Positions 59,345-64,000 of a stretch of 64,000 bases of DNA are shown here, one piece after another. Where the stretch lies: contig OZ244188.1 in assembly GCA_965216635.1 (NCBI GenBank), positions 544,001 through 608,000 of the forward strand, written 5' to 3'. Made by a program: the position numbers and the translations under genes. Below the pieces are notes generated by a model. The model did not search any database. It was given only the letters and a program-made list of their open reading frames with translations, and was not told the DNA's origin. This stretch comes from a bacterium (GTDB lineage: Bacteria > SAR324 > XYD2-FULL-50-16 > G965216635). Position 1 is the first letter of the stretch. Each line of letters begins with the position of its first letter.

Positions 59345-60019
59345 CTATTTTTTTTTTGCTGCAGCTTTTTTAGTAGGTTTGTTTTTTTTTGTAGTTTTGG
59401 TTTCTACTGGATCAGTTTCTATTGGCTCTATTTTTGTTTCTGCAGTTTCGGTTTCTACTGGCTCAGTTTCTATTGGCTCTATTTTTGTTTCTGCAGTTTC
59501 GGTTTCTACTGGCTCAGTTTCTATTGGCTCTATTTTTGTTTCCACAGTCTTTTTAATAGGAGAGGCTTCTTCTTCTTTTTCTATGGTAAGAACTATTCTA
59601 ATTTTTTCTACTATTTCATCTGTTAATTTTGCATCAATGGAATACTGTCCTACTTCTTTGAGAGGTGTTGGTAAATCCAAACATTTTTTATCCAAACGGA
59701 TATCCAGTCCTAGTAGTTTATTTACAATATTTTTAGAGGTAATAGAGCCGAAAAGTTTACCGCTTGGATTTGCTTTTAAGGGAAATTCTAACAAAACTCC
59801 CTTTAATTTACTCGCAATATCAATGGCTTTTTCTGTTGCGATTCTTTTTTCTTCAAAGATAACTACTTTTTGTCTTTCTAAAATTTTCAAATTAGAGTCT
59901 TTGACAGCTACAGCTATATTCTGAGGAATCAAAAAATTCCTAGCGTAGCCATTTTTAACCAAAACTTTTTCTCCAGCTTTACCTAGTCTTGGAACAGTTT
60001 TTTTAAGAAATACTTTCAT
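59345..60019 (-). CDS. rplI: 50S ribosomal protein L9 with repetitive C-terminal extension
   Basis: LG..G..V.VKNGYARNFLIP and KLFGSIT. Confidence 0.95.
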   Translation of the reverse strand: MKVFLKKTVPRLGKAGEKVLVKNGYARNFLIPQNIAVAVKDSNLKILERQKVVIFEEKRIATEKAIDIASKLKGVLLEFPLKANPSGKLFGSITSKNIVNKLLGLDIRLDKKCLDLPTPLKEVGQYSIDAKLTDEIVEKIRIVLTIEKEEEASPIKKTVETKIEPIETEPVETETAETKIEPIETEPVETETAETKIEPIETDPVETKTTKKNKPTKKAAAKKK

Positions 60020-60032
60020 TTATTTTTGTGCA

Positions 60033-60329
60033 TTAATAAAAATCTAAATCTAACACAGTACCAGATTCTTCTTCTGCAAAAGGATCGTATTTACTATTAG
60101 AAAAATGCAATAGCCCGCAAGTTCTTGCTAGTTTGATAGCGCTCGTTAAATATTTTTGATTTCTATGACAAACTCCAGAAATTCTACTAGGAATGATTTT
60201 TCCTTTTTCTGAGATAAATTTTTTCAAAAATTCTACATCTTTATAGCTAATCTCTTCAATCCCAGTGGCACTGATAATACAACCTTTGTTTTGGGGGTGT
60301 TGAAAAGCTCTGCCGCGTCTTTTTTTCAT
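60033..60329 (-). CDS. rpsR: 30S ribosomal protein S18
   Basis: YKDVEFLKKFISEKGKIIPSRISG...AIKLAR. Confidence 0.95.
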   Translation of the reverse strand: MKKRRGRAFQHPQNKGCIISATGIEEISYKDVEFLKKFISEKGKIIPSRISGVCHRNQKYLTSAIKLARTCGLLHFSNSKYDPFAEEESGTVLDLDFY

Positions 60330-60332
60330 CGT

Positions 60333-60710
60333 TTATTCTTCGTTGATAATTTTGATTAATTTTTCCACATTGCGATTAGGCTCTTTTGTTATTTGTTTCA
60401 AAAGAGTTGCTTCTTTTTGCCAGTTTGATGTGGAGAAAAAAATATTTTTTAAAATAGAGGCTTCGTAGCCAAAAAGAATTCTTATTTCAGCTAAAGCATC
60501 GGTTTCTACTACAATGTAATAAAAATAATAAAAGCCTTGTAGGACTTTTTTCATAGGATAAGCTAATTTCCTTCTTCCCCAATCTATTTTTTCTAGAATT
60601 TTGGCGTTGAATTTGGCAAATATTTGTGTAATTTGCTTTTCCGCCTTTTGCCTTTCCTCCTCTGATAGAGTTCCGTTGATAATAAGGAGGCATTCGTATT
60701 GTTTTTTCAT
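60333..60710 (-). CDS. rpsF: 30S ribosomal protein S6
   Basis: YE, WGRRKLAYPM and G.Y motifs; operon context. Confidence 0.95.
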   Translation of the reverse strand: MKKQYECLLIINGTLSEEERQKAEKQITQIFAKFNAKILEKIDWGRRKLAYPMKKVLQGFYYFYYIVVETDALAEIRILFGYEASILKNIFFSTSNWQKEATLLKQITKEPNRNVEKLIKIINEE

Positions 60711-60890
60711 AAAATCTTATGGATAAAGCTCCAAAAAAGAGCAAGATTGAGCGAGATTTTCGTATCTATTTAATACTAGTATCTGGCGTTAGGTGAATGA
60801 TAGCATTTTTTTAAAAGATTTGTCAATAATTTTTTTTTGTTGTATTCTTTTATTTAATAGGATATTTTTGCCTAGTACTTATCTCTATAT

Positions 60891-60990
60891 GAGACTATTG
60901 AATTAGGCATTATAGGAAGGCTAGACAAGACAAAAATTTTTTTTTTTTAACGCTGTATAGCCGAACTAGAATGTCTAATTCAACAGTCTC
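60891..60990. mobile_element. Short RPE/MITE-like element
   Basis: Terminal inverted repeat gagactattgaattag...ctaattcaacagtctc. Confidence 0.75.
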
Positions 60991-60998
60991 TATATTTT

Positions 60999-62378
60999 AT
61001 GAAAACTATATTATCTGGAATCCATTTTTTAATTATTTCTGCTGATAGCTCTCTTTTGCGGAAAATTAAGAATAAACTCAAAGAAAAAGAAAAAGCAGAA
61101 GTTTTTTTAGCTACTAGTCTAGTACAAGCTAAACGAATTTTAGAAACAGAATCTTTGCATGTCGTTTTTTTTGATTATGATTTGGCTAATGGTAAAGACG
61201 CTTTAGATTTTTTGAGTCTATTTCAAGAATATTCTGTAGGCGGGTTGTGTTATTTTTACACCAAAGAGCCGAACTACAAAGGAGCGTTTGAAGTAATCAA
61301 GGCGGGAGCCACAGATTTTCTTACGCAGCCTATAGATTGGGATAATTTGTTTCAAGAAATTAGCAAAAAGTTATCTTTACGCCTTACTCAATTGGTGAGT
61401 CTTGAACCAGAATTGCAGGATTTACAATATTTCTTGCTTTTTCGTTCAAACAAAATGAAAGAGGGTTTAAAAACGTTACCACGGATAGCTAAGACAAATT
61501 ATTCTGTTTTGATAATGGGAGAGTCTGGAACTGGTAAGGAAATGGTGGCTCGTGCAATACACGTTTTAAGCCCTAGAAAAGAAGGTGCTTTTGTGGCTGT
61601 GAACTGTGCTGCTATACCAGAAACACTGATTGAGAGTGAGCTTTTCGGTTATGAAAAAGGCAGTTTTACGGGGGCTGCTGGAACAAAAAAAGGTAAGTTT
61701 GAATTGGCAAACAAAGGCACTTTATTATTGGATGAAATTGGTGATATGCCTTTACAATTACAAACCAGATTTTTAAGAGTTTTAGAAGAAGGTAAAGTTT
61801 CTCGTATAGGAGCTGAAAAAGATATTGCTTTAGATGTAAGAGTAATAGCTGCTACCCATAATGATTTAAAACAAAAAATAACGGATGGTTTGTTTAGAGA
61901 AGATCTTTATTACCGACTTAATATTCTCAATATTCATTTACCTCCTCTGAGAGAAAGAAAAGAAGATATTAGTCTTTTGGCTTGGCATTTTTTGCAAAGA
62001 GTTTTAAATGAGGTAAATTATAAACCTCCTTATCCTTATTTAAGTCAGGAAAGCATTCAATTACTAGAGCAGTATAGTTGGTCGGGCAATGTTCGTGAAC
62101 TCAAAAATTTAATGACCCAAATTGCTGTGCTTCTACCGAGTGGAATTAGAAAAATAGAAGCAAAAATGATTAAAAAATCGCTTTTCCAATATGTTTCTAA
62201 GCAGTCTCAAAATGAAGAAATGTTTCAAGTGCCTTTAGGTTTGAGTTTAGCAGAAGTCAAAGATGGTTATATCAAAAAAATACTAGATACTAAAAAAGGA
62301 AACAAAACAAAAGCAGCGAAAATTCTAAAAATGAGTTTGCGTTCGTTAAGACAGAAGACGAATCATTCTACTATGTAG
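60999..62378 (+). CDS. Sigma-54-dependent transcriptional regulator (degenerate receiver, AAA+, Fis HTH)
   Basis: GESGTGKE, ELFGYEKGSFTGA and GNKTKAAKIL. Confidence 0.92.
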   Translation: MKTILSGIHFLIISADSSLLRKIKNKLKEKEKAEVFLATSLVQAKRILETESLHVVFFDYDLANGKDALDFLSLFQEYSVGGLCYFYTKEPNYKGAFEVIKAGATDFLTQPIDWDNLFQEISKKLSLRLTQLVSLEPELQDLQYFLLFRSNKMKEGLKTLPRIAKTNYSVLIMGESGTGKEMVARAIHVLSPRKEGAFVAVNCAAIPETLIESELFGYEKGSFTGAAGTKKGKFELANKGTLLLDEIGDMPLQLQTRFLRVLEEGKVSRIGAEKDIALDVRVIAATHNDLKQKITDGLFREDLYYRLNILNIHLPPLRERKEDISLLAWHFLQRVLNEVNYKPPYPYLSQESIQLLEQYSWSGNVRELKNLMTQIAVLLPSGIRKIEAKMIKKSLFQYVSKQSQNEEMFQVPLGLSLAEVKDGYIKKILDTKKGNKTKAAKILKMSLRSLRQKTNHSTM

Positions 62379-62381
62379 TAG

Positions 62382-63293
62382 GTGCATCTTAATCAACTGA
62401 CTTCAATGAAAATTCAACAAGCATTTCAAGAAATTAAAAAAATAAGCTCTTCTATAAAAAATTCAGATATAGAGTTTATTTTAAAATTTTTGCTTAAAAT
62501 GAGTAAGACTCAGCTTTATATGAGTTTTGATGAAAATCTTACTCAAACAAAACAAAAACAACTTTTTGCAATTATTAAAAGATACCAGAGCGGAGAGCCT
62601 TTAGGCTATATTTTGGGAAAAATAGATTTTTTCAGGCGAGATTTTTTAATCAAAAAACCTGTTCTTATTCCTAGGATAGACAGCGAGGTTCTTGTAACAG
62701 AATGTTTGAAACTTATTAAAAAACATAGCTTAAAATCTCTTTTAGAAATAGGTTCGGGCTCGGGTAATCTCAGTATTAGTCTGGCTAGTAGCTCTAAAGT
62801 TGAAATCACAGCATTGGAGCTTTCAGCCGATGCTATTTTTTTAAGCAAAAAAAATTTAAAACTGCATAAAACAGCACTAGAGGAAATAGGTTCTCAAATT
62901 CTTTTTAAAAAAACTAATATTTTGAACGAGAAGGCTCCTAAAAAACCTTATGAAATGATTTTTTCTAATCCGCCTTATGTGAGCGATTCAGAAATGAACA
63001 AACTACCCAGTGAAATCAAAAATTGGGAAGATAAATTAGCTCTCTGGGGAGGTGTGGATGGCTTAAAATTTTATTACTATTTTGCTAAAGAATTGCAAAA
63101 ATGGTTGGTGGTTAATGGTTGGTTAGTTTTAGAGCATGGTTATCAGCAAAAAGAAAAAATCATTCATCTTTTTAAAAAGCAAGGCTGGATTTTTTACTCT
63201 AGTTGCCAAGATTTAGGCAACAGAAATAGGGTGCTTGTTTTTAGACTTCCCAAGTCTATAAAATCAATAGTCAGTGGGCTTCTCTCCAATTAA
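62382..63293 (+). CDS. prmC: Release factor glutamine methyltransferase
   Basis: GEPLGYILG, VLIPR, EIGSGSG and SNPPY. Confidence 0.94.
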   Translation: MHLNQLTSMKIQQAFQEIKKISSSIKNSDIEFILKFLLKMSKTQLYMSFDENLTQTKQKQLFAIIKRYQSGEPLGYILGKIDFFRRDFLIKKPVLIPRIDSEVLVTECLKLIKKHSLKSLLEIGSGSGNLSISLASSSKVEITALELSADAIFLSKKNLKLHKTALEEIGSQILFKKTNILNEKAPKKPYEMIFSNPPYVSDSEMNKLPSEIKNWEDKLALWGGVDGLKFYYYFAKELQKWLVVNGWLVLEHGYQQKEKIIHLFKKQGWIFYSSCQDLGNRNRVLVFRLPKSIKSIVSGLLSN

Positions 63294-64000
63294 CACCTTT
63301 TTGAATCTCTACTTTAAGAATAACCTTGAGCGGATAGACGTTTTCCATTTTTTCTTTAATGAGAAGCATTCTTGATTCTGCTTCTTTTTTGGGAACTTCA
63401 AAAACCAGTTCGTCGTGGATTTGCATAATCATTTGGTGATCTTTTTTATAATGTTTGGCTATTTTAAGCATTGCTAATTTGATAATATCTGCTGCACTAC
63501 CCTGTATAATCGTATTGACGGCGATTCTTTCCATCGCAGATCGTAACATAGGATTTTTGTCGTTGATGCCTTTTACTGCTCGGCGACGCCCTAAAATAGT
63601 AGTTACAAATTCTTTTTTTCTTGCTTCTTCTTTACTGGTTTCTACAAAATTTTTAATGGTAGGATATTTAGAAAAGTAAGTTTCTATAAATTGTTGGGCT
63701 TTTTTTCTGGAACTTCCTATTTCTTCGGATAATTTGGAAGCTCCCATTCCGTAAAGCAGCCCAAAATTAATAGCTTTGGCAATTGCTCTTTTATCTGCCG
63801 AAACTTCTGATTCTTGAAAAATGGCAGCTGCGGTCTCGTTGTGAATGTCTTTATCTTGCTTAAAGGCTTGGATTAGGTTTTCATCTTCGCAAAAATGAGC
63901 AAGCAATCTTAATTCAATTTGAGAATAGTCTGCGGATATAAGATAACAATCTTTGGAAGCAATAAAAGCAGCTCTAATACGGGGACCTTCTTTTCCTCTA
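63271..64000 (-). CDS. polA: DNA polymerase I, C-terminal part (5' end off window)
   Basis: SADYSQIELRLLAH, AKAINFGLLYG, IQGSAADI and QIHDELVFE. Confidence 0.96.
   Translation of the reverse strand, partial: RGKEGPRIRAAFIASKDCYLISADYSQIELRLLAHFCEDENLIQAFKQDKDIHNETAAAIFQESEVSADKRAIAKAINFGLLYGMGASKLSEEIGSSRKKAQQFIETYFSKYPTIKNFVETSKEEARKKEFVTTILGRRRAVKGINDKNPMLRSAMERIAVNTIIQGSAADIIKLAMLKIAKHYKKDHQMIMQIHDELVFEVPKKEAESRMLLIKEKMENVYPLKVILKVEIQKGVNWREAH

Noticed and set aside
59379..59924. 181-aa plus-strand ORF and the other short antisense ORFs in the track
   Set aside because: Shadow ORFs opposite well-supported genes, with no recognisable motifs.
60711..60830. S6:S18 ribosomal leader RNA
   Set aside because: The position is plausible, but I could not identify the consensus structure by eye; an Infernal/Rfam search is needed.

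Overview
This is a 64 kb window of an AT-rich bacterial chromosome, probably Gram-negative; I cannot assign the taxon from the sequence alone. The housekeeping backbone includes acnA, add, gcvTHP, cdd, ftsA, murF, murA, argC, a large NAD-glutamate dehydrogenase, rsgA, rpsF-rpsR-rplI, prmC and polA. The standout region is a ~12 kb island (15.7-27.6 kb) bounded by a 136-bp direct repeat of the 5' end of an EamA gene. It encodes a GH108 lysozyme and a 3TM holin, followed by four DUF2589-like paralogs and one divergent relative. Three of these five proteins carry extra domains: a CBM5/12 module, a beta-propeller, or peptidoglycan-binding plus two LAS metallopeptidase domains. This is a candidate uncharacterised lysis-released, multi-subunit antagonism apparatus. 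Other accessory features are a modular RPE/MITE-like palindromic repeat family in many intergenic gaps, GTAG-REP arrays around one of two paralogous variable-loop outer-membrane proteins, and a tandem array at the rsgA 3' end in which one pentapeptide gene appears replaced by an R-M pair. A 37-bp inverted duplication links add and gcvT, and core genes carry in-frame micro-repeat expansions. Family assignments come from motif recognition only; no searches were run. I recognised no rRNA, tRNA or CRISPR array.
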